Part shown: positions 13,001 through 28,000 of the stretch, in pieces
Layout of the letters: each line of letters begins with the position of its first letter
How positions within the stretch are numbered: position 1 is the first letter of the stretch
Assembly (NCBI GenBank): GCA_036172245.1
Contig: JAYWIR010000006.1
Coordinates: forward strand, 1,922,001 to 1,986,000
From: Raillietiella orientalis
Lineage: Eukaryota
Length of the DNA: 64,000 bases
Reading direction: 5' to 3'
The notes under the pieces: model-generated
The model's database searches: none
Told to the model about the DNA's origin: nothing
What the model saw: only the letters and a program-made list of their open reading frames with translations
Translations under genes and position numbers: made by a program

Positions 13001-16000
13001 ATGATGTGGCAATATGTAACCTAGCAAATTCCGAGCTGCTCCAAGATCACGACGTGCTGCCTGTGCAGTGATTCAGCTTCTCCATTTTGCAGTCCCAGTT
13101 GATGGAGGCACCATCCAACGTATACAATCCTCTGCTAAAGCAAACTGCTCCAGATGCGAGAAGCTACAGACTTCCAAGTTATTTTTCATATCGCCATTCT
13201 AAAAAAACTGACAAGCTATATCTTCGGTTTTCTCTCTCTCACCACTACGGATATCGCAAGTTGCTACTCTGACGTTCTTGAGCTCCGATTCCCCACTGAG
13301 CCATGTGATGTTTTCTGTCCTCGTTAGTGTACACGGAAAACCACGCTTCCGTGGAGATCATGAAAGAAGGGATTTTCGGAATGCCTTCAGTGGCATCATG
13401 GAAAAGCCATCTTCCTTGCATCTCCCTACACGTACGGAACACTCCCTCTTATCGCATACCCAACACTTTCTCCGCATTTTTCGTCAGTTTCACCCTGACA
13501 TTCATTTTTTTCTCAGATACACGAACTCAACGTTAGTCTTTACGTCTGCAAACTGCTGTTTCTCTGGGTATTTGCGGCTTCCCCCCTGCAGATCCATTTT
13601 CTGATCAGCGTCCATACTCTGGATAAACCGGAGGCCGTATCAGATAAAAGATGATCCCGAAGCCAGCTCCTGTTCCATCTTGCAGATATGACGAATTAGT
13701 TGAGTGATCTCCGTGTTTTGCTCAATGCCGCCTGCACAGCGCTCACCGTCCGATCACTCGTTCTGATGATTGGCAACTTAGCTGGATCTGTGCATGCCCT
13801 AGTTACGGTGCTATCGCAGATGCTGGGGAAAGAGATGCGAATTCGAAGAGGCATGCTGCTCATAATTTTAGGATCGCTGATTGATATGTTTCTTTTTTTA
13901 TTAACAGTTAACAATCCGGCGCCGATTCTATCATCGTTTTGAGGAGCAGAAGAATTTCTCCTGACGTCCTGTGGAAGGAGAAACGATCTCTAGTCTCACG
14001 AGACGGATCTGAGGACTTAATCTCTCAAATGTAACATGTGGTCTATCATGGAACCGAGCCCTTTACTGCGCGAGGGTCTCATCCCTGAAGCCCTGCTACT
14101 ACGTCTTCCCGCAACCGGCATAGAGCGTCTCGTGCCAAACTTTGGGTGACAGAACGACCAAGTCCAAGACCTGTTGGATAGCATGGAAGGAATCTACTAG
14201 GAAAATAGAGACGAAGCTGAACAGGTCGGAGAAACGATGCAAGCTGTGGAAAATGCCTCCTCTGAATGCCTTTCTATAATTTTGAATCCCGTGGATGAAG
14301 GAAGGCGTCCGTGAGCTGCGTGCAGCAAAATCTGCAACGCTGGTGGGCAGAAACCGAAGCGAACATCTGAAGCCTCCATGATGGCTCGAGATCGGTGAGA
14401 CACATTCGAGACTATACTTTTGGTCTTCCATTCATGATTCAATTCCAATCTGTCATGATGAATCTCACCGGCGCTTCCCACACAGATGAGAATACCCGAT
14501 GGGGCAACGTATTCGCGGAAGGAAAATATCATTTACTCATCATCGGTCCGCTTCCCTTGGAGCGGAAGGAAAAGGAAGAAAAAATCAAGAGCTGATCGGA
14601 GTTTCAAGTTTTCGTCATTTCTTCCTCTTCAACGCCGCATCATTACTATTATTCCGCCTCGAACCATTTCAGAAATAATGTGCTCCTGTTAGTGCAAGCT
14701 AATCGTGAAGTTTTCATGTTGAACAACATAATCTCCTGCTTATTCTCTTTGAAAGTGCCCCTTTATCACACCATCCATATTTGGATTTGGGGTCCTCAGG
14801 AAAAAAAAAAAAAAAAAAGCGATCCATTTTTTGCGCACCATTTCCCCATCAGCTTACGACTACTTTTCTTCTCATGAAAGAAATTTTTAGGGAGGTACTC
14901 ATTCATCCTTTTGCACGAAAAGCATTTGTACGGAAGATGTTCAATGATTACGGGTGTTTCCAGATGTTTATCTGCAATGAACGTGAATGGACAAAATGTT
15001 ATTTCGTGAATGAAATTGCCTCAACTCGCTGGAGACGTCCACTGTTTGCAAGCAGCGATCCATTTTCAGAAGCACACGTTTGTATCTGGAATTTCCTGGT
15101 GCATTTTCTTTCGGAAATCAAAGTGGTGAGGAGAAGACTTTTCAAGGATAAACTGGATCCCATGATAGAGATCGTGCACTCTGCCTAAGGTGTTCAGCTA
15201 ACAGAATCCAGAATGATAATCTGTCCGTTTTCCAAGGACGCCGTGGTTGGCGATTTTTCAGCATCAAGACACGTGTCCACCTATTCATGGAGGCACCATC
15301 CAGGACCGTTCCACTTAAAAAAGGGTGCGCGACTGTCCCACGAAACCCAAGATGCGCTGCTACGGTTCGTTACTTCGTGGAAAGTTCGCTGATCTGTCAT
15401 GGCATTAGGGAAGCGTTCCTCTGGAGCCGTAAAAATGATAATAATAATCCTGTCCTGCTTTTCTGTGTTCCTGAAAGAAGAGCAGTGCTCTCGTAATTTC
15501 GGAATTCCTTTCTTCGTCTCCATTTGCTGCTGCTTTCAGTAACTATTTTCCAGAAAAGATGCGGCGCGACTTTTTCTCGAGGGTTTGGCTAACATTTCAG
15601 CCTTGTATTTTTTGCTCGCCCAACGCCCGTGAGGTCGTTGTCGTTTTCTCTGAAACTGCCCTTATCGTGAGTTCAGAGAAGAGTGATCAGAATTACGCGT
15701 TGCCGACTTTGACGGACATCTCTTACGAGGAGATGAAGCTCCTTGACTGTTAGAAAGAAGAGGCGTTCGCGGACGAAGACGTAGGAACGAGGAACTACTG
15801 ATGCTCGGGAAGAGCAGCACCGAAATTTCGGCTGCTCCCAAGTTCTCAGCTGCCAGTTTGCTCCACGCAGCTGCGTTTCATAGAACCCGAACAGGCTGCA
15901 GGAGCCAGGAAAAACGCAGCAACGCTTGCAACGAACTAAAGCAATTGATTCTCGGTCCACGAAACGAAGCTGGAGTCGCAATTTCCAGAGCCCTGTATGC

Positions 16001-19000
16001 GGAAGTTGAGGTGTCCTGAGAATGCTCCTACGCACCGGTGGGGATCCTCGGCTCAAAATGCAATGCCAAACTGCTATTTACGGTGATGGTGGTGGACGGC
16101 ACGAAGACACGAAGTTCCCACCGGAGGCTGGTTCTGAGAAGAGTCCAAGAGCGAGTTCGAGCGGGGTCGGCCTGGAGACGCACCGCATCCGTTGAGACGC
16201 GCATTGATTCCGTTGGCTCATGAAGGCTTCTTCATGAGCCACCGGAATGTTCTAGCGGAAGAGAGAACCGGTGAACCGGAAAACGGTAAACCTACGCACA
16301 TTCAGAGGAAAAAGAAAATCCGGAGTGGGTTTTCCGGAAGAGTCGTTGGTGCCAGAACCTGAAGAGGGAAGGAAACAAAATCCTTCGCCATCCTTCACTG
16401 ATGGTGGAATAGCTTCTCAGAACGATGATAAAAGAGATGGCAACAAGAATGAACGACTGCCCAACCACGCACTGAAATACCCCAAGCGCGGTGGGTGCGA
16501 CCCGGAGAACGGATCAGGAAGATGCCCGCATCGTCGGAAAGGGGAACGCTCCCTGTCAACTGCAAATTCACCGAGGGCAGAACTGGTGGGCAGAACTGGA
16601 GCTGTTTCTTTCCCGTTCGGTGCTATCTTGAGAAGCCATTGTGACGACTAAATTCTTCCCTGGATTGGCTTCCCAGTCTCGTGTCATGGGAAAGGACGCA
16701 TCTTCAGAACATCAGACAGGAGAGGCGTCTCCAAGTTGAAATCGTATAGTTGGAAGAAAGGGTGAGAAAGGGAAGTGACATTTCTGGAATGCTTCCAGTT
16801 GCTTTTTTTCCGACAGCCTTCCTCAAGAACATAATTTTTCATGATGCATCATTAATGCAGAAGGGTGGATGCTTCCTTCTTACAGGCGAATAACACAAAC
16901 ATGAATGAGAGAGATGAAGTCCATGGTGGCCTCTGAATTAAAGGAACCGAAAGCACCTTGGGAAATTCGTGAATCCGTCCGACACATTCAGTGAGGGATG
17001 AATATGGGAGCTGTCATTGGAAATTGCAATGGTGCACAACACCGGTTTTCATTTATAGAACATCTCTGTCACTCATTGTTTACTCGACATGTGTGGGATG
17101 TAGACACAACTGCTAAGAGCACTCCGAAAAGGACAGAAATAATTAGGGACTGAAGTCATGCACTGCACGCTAGAGCTGCTCAAAAGCTCTTAAAATGTGT
17201 TTCGTATCGCACAAAAGATCTCATTAAAGGAAAAATTCTCGCTTTACGGAATTGCATTCTCAAGGATCTTCTTCTTTTCCATCTTCTCTCCAAACGAAAA
17301 TCTCAGAAAAATAAAGAACAAAGTTGAAAAGTTGAAAACGGATGAAAAGATTCAGGGTGTGGCTGCAGAGTACTTGAGAGGATTCTCTGTAAGGTGGAAG
17401 GAGAGCAGCCGAGGACCAATTCTTCACAAAAAATCACAGCAAAAACCGACTGCAATCACCTTACGATCAGGACGAAGGATGCAAAGCCATGATTCTTTGC
17501 CGCCGAATATCCTTAGTATAAAGGTTCGCATGTGCACGTACTGCTGTTTCGAAACGCACATCCAAAAAAAAAAAAAAGGACACGAATGGAGAACGAAGAA
17601 TGTCCCTAACGAAGAATGTCCTGATCAAGGTCCAGTTTACGGATAGGCATTTGTAGCGGTCCAGCATGATTCCAGGCATTCTCAAAAAAGGAAGAATTGA
17701 GAGATCACTTGTGACACAACAGAGGATTCTGTACGAAAAGATCATCCATCTGTCAATCAACTGGGGTGAAAAAGAATAAAATGAGAGGTCCACAGCAAAT
17801 AAATACAACTGGCAAACAATGTTCTGCACGCACGTATTAAGAATGAGCGCCTTGAGAAAGTTGGTGCAAGTGGACCACGAAGCTATAAAAGTATGATAAT
17901 TTCCAAAACTTCAGTCAATCTGATTCCACACTGGACGAAATCCCGAACAGACCCAAGTGCGATACCGATGTTTCGGGCTGGATTCATCTTACTGAACCAC
18001 GTGAATTCTTTAAAGCATTACTAGGAATCCAAGCGACTGCATCCAATCTCTTTCACCGGTGTCAACTCTCTCTCGTTGTTGTTAAATTAGGTTTCCCTCG
18101 CTATGATTCATTAATAATACAACGATGAAGCAATTCTCAAAGACATTTCAATAGCGTGAGAATCTCTTTTCACATTGCTTGTTGAGAATGCGTCAAAGAA
18201 AGCACCAGAGTGTTATAATCGACTTACTGTTTTTCCATTCTTCCAAGGTATAAGTGACTCCGAGCACTTCATAAGGAATGCTGGAGCCTTTGGAATTCAC
18301 CGCATACACCAGAATACGATGATCCTTCAAGACGATGTGCTTGAAGGTGAAAACTGGACTCTTCCGGACAGTCTTGGAGAAGAGTCGCTTGTTGGCTGGA
18401 TCAAGGATTTCCAGCCGAAACTTCTGAGGCAGTCCTCCGTCAAAACCCTTCTTGCAAGACACCTTCATCAAGGCAGAGGTCTTATTTGATAGACTGCAAG
18501 ATGACAGTGGTTCTGGAGCAGCTAAAAACAAAAGCTCGCAATTCAAGGTAAAGTTTTCACTCCTTTTAAAACAGATTTCATGCACGAAAGGCTACGCTGT
18601 TTTAAAGGTAAAACGCTTCCTTCAGCCTCAAAACCTCAGCTTTTAGAAATTGTCGCTGACGTAACGGAAAGTTGGCATGTCTTTCCCTTAGCATCGTTGT
18701 TCAAGTTCAAAGCCCCTCAAATCTCAGATGACCACGCACGTGTAGAGCGGAACACAAGGCCCCAGATCGAAATTAGTAAGAGCGAATGACTTGGAAAGAG
18801 CACCTCGTGAATTTACAGACATCCTTTTCCTACTGCGCTTCATCCCTTATTACATTTCTCATGAATCCAAACGAAAGAACTTTCGGGCAGCCGAAGAGGG
18901 GCTTTTGGATTGGGTGATTCCGTCCTGAATACGTAATTTATAGTCTGCATCGCTCGGCATCGGCGGAGACAGGTATACTTGTCGGTTGCAGGAAGAAATC

Positions 19001-22000
19001 CTCACTCGCTGGAAGCCCTGAAGCAAAATTCTCTTGCACGGTGTTCTCGTAGACCATCCGGGACGTGCTTGTTCGCAAAAACGTGCTTTTCCACGATCCA
19101 CTTTCCAGATTCATCTAATCCGCTGCGTTCGGATGCGCAACTTCGAAGACTCTGTAGCCTACCAACAGCGGAATCCACAGCAGACTGGCCAACAAAATCG
19201 AGCGACTTTTGGGCAGTCCCTTCTGTGGCCCCGCGATTTCTCGTACGCCCAGATGAGTCGGTAGGATTGCGTGCAAAGATTCAAAGAAGGCATCAGTGTG
19301 TCGATGTTTAAAGGAAAGCGTCCTCTTCGATGAACACGAAAACTGGAAGACGGAGCGACGAAAGTCTGTGTGGCCTTTCATTGTCCCATCTTTCGACGGG
19401 AACTCTCCTTTACAGTGGTGCAGGAAAAAGGTAAGCACGACGAAAACGAGTAGCTCATTAGTAGATGTTGCAGCTTCCCAAACTTCCGTGGAAAGTCTTG
19501 CCTGTTGGTGTTCTTTTAATTTTCGGCATCTGCTCCTTCTTCGCAAGCTGCGTGTATGTGTTTATAGGGGAAAGTACCGTTATAAAAGCGCTGCCATTGC
19601 CATCGTTACATCGTTGAGACAGCCATCCTCGCGACAGGATTCGTGGACTTCACTTGACCTGGAACCGCAGATCCCTTTTTCCGTGGTTAACTCACTTTGA
19701 ATTTTCGGGTCAGTAATTTTGCCGTGGTCGCGAAGTCGCCCCTTGGTTTTGCACTGTGACTCTTTGCACCCCCACCCACTGCGGGGCAGTCGACCCTCCT
19801 CGTTCTTGCTGGCAACCCTTTCGCGAGATTCGCATAGCAGCTGTCCTGTCCTGCAGTCTGAAAAGTCTGCGGATCTGCCTCAGTGCAAAGTTCACGAAAT
19901 CCTGCAGATTCACAGGGAAATGCAGAGGAAGACTACTGAAAACGCTGGCTAAGACGTGCCGCTTAGCCGATGCAGCACTCTCCTTTCGTGATAACCACAC
20001 TCTATCAAAGATCCTTACGGAGTATGATTTTTTTTTTTTTTTCCTTTTCCACTCTTCTCCACCCGAAAACTACCTCTCAGCTAGCGAAGGATCCATGAAT
20101 TCCTCATTGCCACATAATATAAGACGACAGAAGAAAAGAAATACGGTGCATTTTCCATCATCCTTTCAGGAAGGAACAACAGGAGCAGAGGACTGGAAGA
20201 TTCTATTGTCCGTCGTCAGCTGATTCATCGAAAGGGTTCATGTGTCATAGCTGTGACGTGCTACGCATTGTCAATAAATTAGCATCTTTCTGAGGTCAGA
20301 AGGATTAATCACCCAATCCTCAATGGCATGGAAGGACTACATGAAGCGCGCAAGACAGTCGAATAAAGCACTGTGGACCCGGATCTCGGATCAATCAGAG
20401 ATCAATCCCCCGAATGGAAGACAACTCAGGTATCATTTACGATTCCTCGCAGACTCCAGAGCGAAGCCTGCAAATCAAGAGAGGAATTTTCTCGGAAGCG
20501 AAAATGAAAACAAAATAAAATAAAAATAAAACCCAGAGAAAGTCGACTGCAGAAAATGACGGGACTGAAGAAGCGAGACGAGAGAGCAAGGTCAAACTTT
20601 TGAATAATAATGATGCTGCGGGAACGCAGACAGAGAACGAACCGCCCTACGACGATCGATCCAGGATAATGTAAGGGGTATCATTACAGAGTCTTAAACA
20701 GTCTCTCATGACATCAAACAAGGACACACGGACATGCAGGAACTTGTGTGTTCGTGCACCGAGACCAGCTGTCACCACATCCATGTCGCGCACCGATACT
20801 TCCCAGAGCTCACCTCGCGACGGATTTGCCGACGCTGTCGTAAAGGGGGCGGGTAGGACAAAGTTCAAAAGGAATCCTTCAAAAGGGATGAGGGCTGCGG
20901 ATGTCCTCTCCCACACGTAGGAACCGTGGCATCATTCGATCACCATGACAACACATGTTCGGCAACTAGTAAGCACGCTGTTCGATCATCTGAAGCATTT
21001 GGGGAGCGCGCCTGGTGTTGCAATACGAAGTGTTCACTTTTCCTTGGAGCACTTCGAATATTCGAGTGTCGTTTTGCGATTCTTGCAAGATCCGTTTCGG
21101 AATGGTGGAAATATAAATACCACCCGTTTGTCCTCTCAACGGAAATCAATCTTAGGCAGAGGAACTGGAATGAGCAGGACCTGTCGTTCATGGCAGTCAG
21201 CTTCAACTTTTCTTGCCAAAAATGACTTGTGAGTGCGCTTTCTGTTGATCTTCACCTCTGCAGCATGAGCAACACCCTTTCTGTCCTTTTCCCATCAACT
21301 TTCGACCAGCACTGTGTACATACGGATGCGGAAAATTTTCTGCTACTCTCTCTCATCTCTACTAGCATCGTATTTGCGGAAACTTCGCCCACGAAAGACT
21401 CCGACCGTTTCTAATATGAAGTCTTCGGAATGCTCCCGTTAATCTCAAGCAATCTTTTCTTTCCAGTGATTCGGTATTTTGTTGGACATGCTTCAAAAGC
21501 ACAAATCTTCGTGTGGAAACTTGCGTTATTTTTTTTTGGCTTTTTTTTTTTTTTGTTCCATGAAAAACTCACTTCAGGAAATTATGAAATTTTTCGCTTT
21601 GAAAAAAAAAAAAAAAGTTCACTCCCAGTCCCCGAAAGAAAAGACGGTTCAGTTCGCCGAATTCATCCATTTCCATTCCGGCCGTGCGCCTTTCCGACAA
21701 GTCGGGAACGCAAGGTGCGTCCCCGACAGCACTTCCAAGATCAGGATATTCTTAAACACTTTACTTACAGGCTTCTTTCACGTTGATGACGCACTTCTTT
21801 TCCTGCACACCAATGTCGTTCTTTGACCAGCAGCTCAGGATCAATAACTGGTGTTTTTTCCAGGACTCGGTTTTAAATAAGACGTCAGGATTAACGTTCG
21901 CCGAATTGCTCTTCAGCATCCTGTGAACCGCTTTGTCGTCTTCGAACGTCCAGTAATACTCGGACGGTTCGGGGCAGCCATCGGAGGGGCAGAATATTTC

Positions 22001-25000
22001 CGCTTTCCTTCTGCATCCACGGCAATAGAAGTAGGATATCGACTCTGTGCGGCAAACCGGTTTGTCTAAGACAAAGGGAAGAAGAGATAAGGCGTTCTCC
22101 AGCATACGGACCGCTCGCTCGATGCACGATCTGCACAAATCCGCTCCACTTACACTTCAGGACGATGTCGATCTGCCGGCTTTGCCCATCGCCTTCCAAA
22201 TTGTAAGCGCTGCACTGATAACTGCCGGCGTGCACTTTGCTAGCGTTCTGCACCAGTAAGCTGAACCCACTGACCAGATAGTCGACGTCCTCCTGTTGGA
22301 TTTCCAAGTCCTAAATCACAGCGAGATGAGCGGAACACCAGCTGAGAGGGCGCCAGGAAGATACGAGACATCTTGCTAGACTTTTCGGCGTGTACCTTGA
22401 CTTCATTGCAAAGCGCTCGCTACGAATTCATCGACAAAACGGCTTTAAAAAGCAACGGGGTGAAGAGATTACGTTCCCTAGAGTCGAATTCCGACGGATG
22501 CAAAGGAGGGAGGATTCCCGGTGCTCGGGGTGAACAGTGGGGAACAACTTTCGACGACGTTTCCTTTGCATGAAAACGCTGGGGCTACGCTGGGATGTCA
22601 CCAAACGCAATGTTTATTGATCGGAGAGCAAAAGTTGGGAGGGTTCGTGTTGTGCGTGTTCAAAAAGAGCCTCGAGTTGTTTGAACGGAGCCGTTGAACA
22701 ATTTGGGAACGAAAGGCAAACAGGAAAAACAAGCTGGGACCGGAAAGAGCGGAGGAAATAACATGCAGGGCGTGGAAACGATCCTTCCCGAGTTCGGCGA
22801 TCGGGATGAACTCGCTCTTGAGACTGCGAAGCTGCGCACTGCTCCGGATGTCGAAAATTCCCTAATCGGTCTCTGCATGCAGCCTAGTCAAGCGATTCCC
22901 ACGATGGGTCCCTTTGCAGAGAGAATGAAGAGCAGGGAAGAGACCGATCGAGGACGACTTTGGACGGAAAAAAGGAGAAAGGTCTTTTCCTCCTGTTAGA
23001 GGATAATTTTGAAGTACGCGAGTGAAGAAGTCACGCACGAACCGTGGTCTCTTGTGCCAAACTTAGTTTAGACTCAGGCAGAAAGGAAGAATGTGGAAGA
23101 AGGAACCAGAATGATATGTCGGGAAGAAAGCAGTGCCATGAATTTCAAGAGGACTTTCAAGTTCCACTCCCAAATAGGGCGATAGTTCAATTCAGAGCGG
23201 AACTCTCGATTTTCATAGGAAAGCTCTCCACCCTTCCACATCCCTGGGCTTGCCAACCGGTGGGATCTCATCGATGAAGCGGCGGCAGCGTTCCCTTTTC
23301 AGATGATTGTGAAGATCTTAGCTGGAGATGAAGATGAAGATCTTAGAAGATGCAGAAGCTCAAGATAGCAAAGCATCATGCAAATCCGTGTAGCTCTCGA
23401 AGAGAAGGGGAAAGCAAGTGCGTCGAGAGCATGGGGATACTTTCTCGGATTCTGGTTTCGTTTCCGTGGTGCTTCCATCAGGCTCTGGGATTGTAGGGAT
23501 CAGGGAAGCGGTCAGGCTATAAGATGCATGTCATTGCGTTCAGGCAACGAGAAACTCAAGTCCCTTATTCGTCTGATGCGGGATCCGTGAACCACGAGGA
23601 ATCTTTGGTTTTCAATGCTGTTTCTTGATTTCGGTTTTCCCAGAAGTAAGAAAGAACTGTACTTTCAGGTGCAATCGCAAGCGGGGATCCCTGCACAACT
23701 CCCAAGACCGCTGCTTCTTGTTCAAATACGATTACGTATACGATCGCGCCTGATTCCGAGTCGGTTCCGAGGTTCCTATCCCAGAAATGGCATCTCTGGA
23801 CTTCAAAACACTACAAAGCACTTGCTGAAGACACAACGAAGGTGGGACCAAACACTTATCCATCTGAAACCAACCGCAAGTCCGAAAGAATTCTCTACCA
23901 TTTAGCTATCTCGAGAAAGTTCCCTGCTATAGCTATCTCGAAGAGAACTACAAAAACAAGGGAGGCGGATGAGGACATGAACATCTCCACTCCCAGATTC
24001 GAAAGACTTTAAGACATGAGAGGAAGCGTCTGTGCTGCCCACCAGAATGATGCAGACCGGATCTTTTTTTTTTTTTTTTCCAACGATCTAATTCGATGGC
24101 AGATTGCGCAAGACTTTTTTTCAAACTAAAGAAAATCCAAGGCGAAACATCTGCTTTTTCTTTTCCATTTTGTACGAAGATCGAAGCATAACGGAAGATC
24201 AAAGCAAGCATCCAGAAGGGCAGATGAAGTGTCATCCTTCCTTTCTCGCTATCCATCCTTCTAACATTTGAAGAGAGATTGCAAACAAAGCCATGCCAAG
24301 CGTACGAGCTCCCATCAAGCCACCGACCCTTCGTCAAACGCTAAATGGATTTCAAGCGATTGAATTCCCTTAATCTTGCAGCATAGCGTGCCTCCCAGCA
24401 GTAAGCTTGAGCTTGATCCTGCAGCTCGAACATGCCAATGAAATTCTGCAAAGAATTCTTCACTCCATAAAGATCTCATGTATCGAGAGCAGAATGTTTT
24501 CGAAGTCTTCTCAAAGACAATTAATCACTTCGTCCTCCTGATCCATTCGAGTACCCATAGCTAATCTTATGTGATGTTCCTATTCTTTCTGCGAATAGTG
24601 TGAAATGTGCTATCCCAGTCTCCCTCTTAATTGCTCCTCATCCTTTTAACGGATGGCAACTTCGGGTGGAAGGAAGAATAGTTATGGCTTCAAGATTTTT
24701 TCGAGGCACCACCACGATTTGAAGTTTCCTCCTTTTTCGCCCAGAAGGTTGGCTCGTGGAAAACCAAGTATGACTTGACCTCAACCATTCCAATGGAACT
24801 ATGCGTCGGAGTGGCTCTGTGGCTGTTGAGTAGGAAAGAGGGCGAGCTTTTAGAAAGTGGAACAACAAACCTTGAAGAACTTGTCCGGATGAATAAACCT
24901 CATCATCATCGACTGCAAACTAAATGGTCGGTGTGAAGTAACGAAACGAAACTCGAAGGTGTGTCTGAAGACCGCGGTTTTCTCTTCGGTTAACCATCTT

Positions 25001-28000
25001 GGAGTAACCCATTGAATTACTTGATACATTTGTGATGAGAACACTCCATTAATTAAAACGAATGGGGAAGAGAGCTTGCTCGTTCAGGATGAGCGACGTT
25101 CGAGAATTTCAGCACCCAAACACGAAATCAAGCAGAATGTACTCAGCACTCGTTTTCTCGAACTTTTCCACACACGGCATCCAAAGGAGAAAACGGTTTT
25201 CCCCAATCAACGAAACAGGCTTCTCGAACACTTCTTTTTTTTTTTTTTTTCGCCTAGCAACTGCTTTGGAGATTCAAACAGCTTCTGACTTTCAGCTAGC
25301 CGTTGCAGGTAGTAGGTATTCCAGACCTATTAGGAGCATTCGCAGGAAAGCCCGTGTGCGGCTGCAGTCTCAATGCAGAGGAAAGGGTTCTACGTGGCAC
25401 CTACATTCAGACTTCATGCAGGGGAACTCAAGATGCAATTCTGTTGCTGCTGAGTGGGAAAGACGAAGCTTTCACCTTTTATGCACGACCAACTCATAAG
25501 GGACACCGAAATCGCTCTTGTTTGCCGCCTTCTAATCTTCATTTGTTTCATGCGCAAGTGATCTCATTAAATCGAGGAGGCCACTGCTGCCATTTCAAGA
25601 AAACGTACTCTTCAACACATCATTCTAAACCATTACTCAGCCACTGGAGTATTCACAGAAATCGCGAAACCGTAGCTTCAAAAGTATCTTTTGCCTGATC
25701 CAAAGATTAGCTGCTCCGGATATGCGTTGATTGAGTTCACCGCTAGCGTGTGAACCTCCATTGGAACCTGGATGCTCTAGCATGCTCCTGAGTATAGGTT
25801 CCCTCCTGAAAGCTAAGCTTTTCCCAGTATAACTGAAAGAGAAGAGAGCTTTTGGGAATCCGACGCCGGGAAAACCAGACTCTTGGAGTTCCTTGTCCGA
25901 AAAATCTCGGATACAATTAAAGTCTTTCGGAAAAACAGAAAACACGCCTGGTCACGTAACCACGCTTCAAGATTCCCAGGAAACACAAACACACACACAC
26001 ACACTTTTCTTCGTGGAAAGCACAAACCGGGAACTATTACACGATAGCGGAATGGGCTTGACTTCAATTCACCGTTAGGGCTGCTTTCGGGATTTATCTC
26101 ATACCTCACGCACATGTCATTCAATACAAATAAATTCAGTGTATTCGTGCTACATCATCCATTAGCACACGTAAAGAAATGTGTAGGCTCAGAGACACTT
26201 AGAACGTTACATGTCGTCGTGACATGAGTGCAGCCAAACTTCATCACGAGCGAGGATAATCTGAACTTTCTGTTTGATTAGCCACTGGATCATTTAATAT
26301 GTACGCGGCATATAGATATATATGACGAATAGGTCTCCAAATATCCTTGTGGTAGAGTGTCCTTAAACAGCAGGCGAACCGGTAATTCCAGCTCCGGAGC
26401 AGAACAGAATCACTGTCTGGCGATCGATTAGCGAGCGATCTTCTGGAAAGGGTCCAGGAAACTTTCTGGTTCCGCTCCCACTCCTTTTCCCAGTTCCTGT
26501 AGGATGAAGCCAAAGCAGAATCACCGGAAGAACTTCGAAGAAGCGAAATCAAAACGATCGCCTCGCCCACCGTCATGCTGAGGACCGCTAGAAGAAACGA
26601 CCAGAACGGTTCTTCTCAGTGAAGGACTTCTCAGACGCAGGGGGAAAGCGCTTGAGCATGAGTGTCCGTAACCCCAGGGAACGACCGCTGCTTTGGTGTA
26701 CGAACACTAACCATCTCTGCGGAAAGCACGTCCCTCAAGTGTACGCACGGCCCCAACGGGCGCAGTATCTTCCGATGGGATACTTCTGAACCAGGAATGG
26801 ATGCCTGCCTGGAGCGAAAAGCGTGCGACCATAGGTCGCCCGACTCGGGAACGACGTACGCCGTCCTCTTGCGTACACCTATTTTTTGTTTTCAAGAGGT
26901 GCCTCGCGTTTCAAGTTCGTTTTATGTGGATGAATGCTACCTCGTGCTCGAATTCACTGTGTACGCATCGGTACTCTATGAAGGGCACGTGTGCCCCGCA
27001 TTCCTCGTGCGCCGCGAAGAAAACGTGCGAGCGTCGGAACACTCGCGAACACCTCCGCGGAAATGGGATCGAGCTGTTTTGAGAAACTTTCCCTGTTATG
27101 CATGTGTGTGTGTGTGTGTGTGCAGCACGCTCGTCTTCAATCTTACGCACATGCTGCATCCGAATCTCCGATGGAAATCTCGGGAACATCCCACTGTAGG
27201 AAGTTCCTCATCGATTTCTGTGCGCGCGTTTCCAAAGGGGGTCGGGATGGAGCTTTAAGAAAGTCTTTCCCGTTATTCCCTCATTGAAGTTGTGTCCGGA
27301 ATGATTGAAATGGAACGCGGAGGAACTCCGCTTTATGGAAAGATCTTTCTAGAGATTTTGAGAGGGGAAAAAACAAAAAAAAAAAAGAAGAAGAAGAAGA
27401 AGAAGCCTTTCTTCCGCTTTGTTCCTTAGGTAACGCCAAAAGTTTCGCACCCCCACATTGGGGGTGGAAAAGAGAGATCCGACGTTCGAGAACGAATCAA
27501 TCTTTTGCTAACGAAGAGGTGTTCCATGACTGATTAATTAATGACATTACTTACGTTGTGCTTCCACACGACCTTATAGATTTCAGGATACGCGAACGCT
27601 TCACACACGAAGGATACATTGTCCTTTTCGGTTATGTCATCGCCCGCTTCATGGGAAGTCAACTTCAGTTTCACGTGTGGCTTGACTGAAACGCAAAAAA
27701 CTCCCTCCACAGTTGAGCTCAGTGATTGGAAGGAGAAGGGAAAAAAAAGGAAAAAAACGATAGAGAAAATAAAGAAACTCTCTCTTCGCTCTCTGGAACG
27801 ACACCGTTCGGAACAGCATAGGGGACAGTATCAAGCATCACCCACCCCATTCCATGAGATTCCGCCGGATAAGGTCGATCATGTTGCCCCTGCCAAATTG
27901 TTCAGCCATTTGCATGACCATTCAACCTCATACGATACCTGTTCGCATCCTGCCCTGATTCGTGACGTCATGTACGCACGACTGAGATCTGCTCTTTTTC

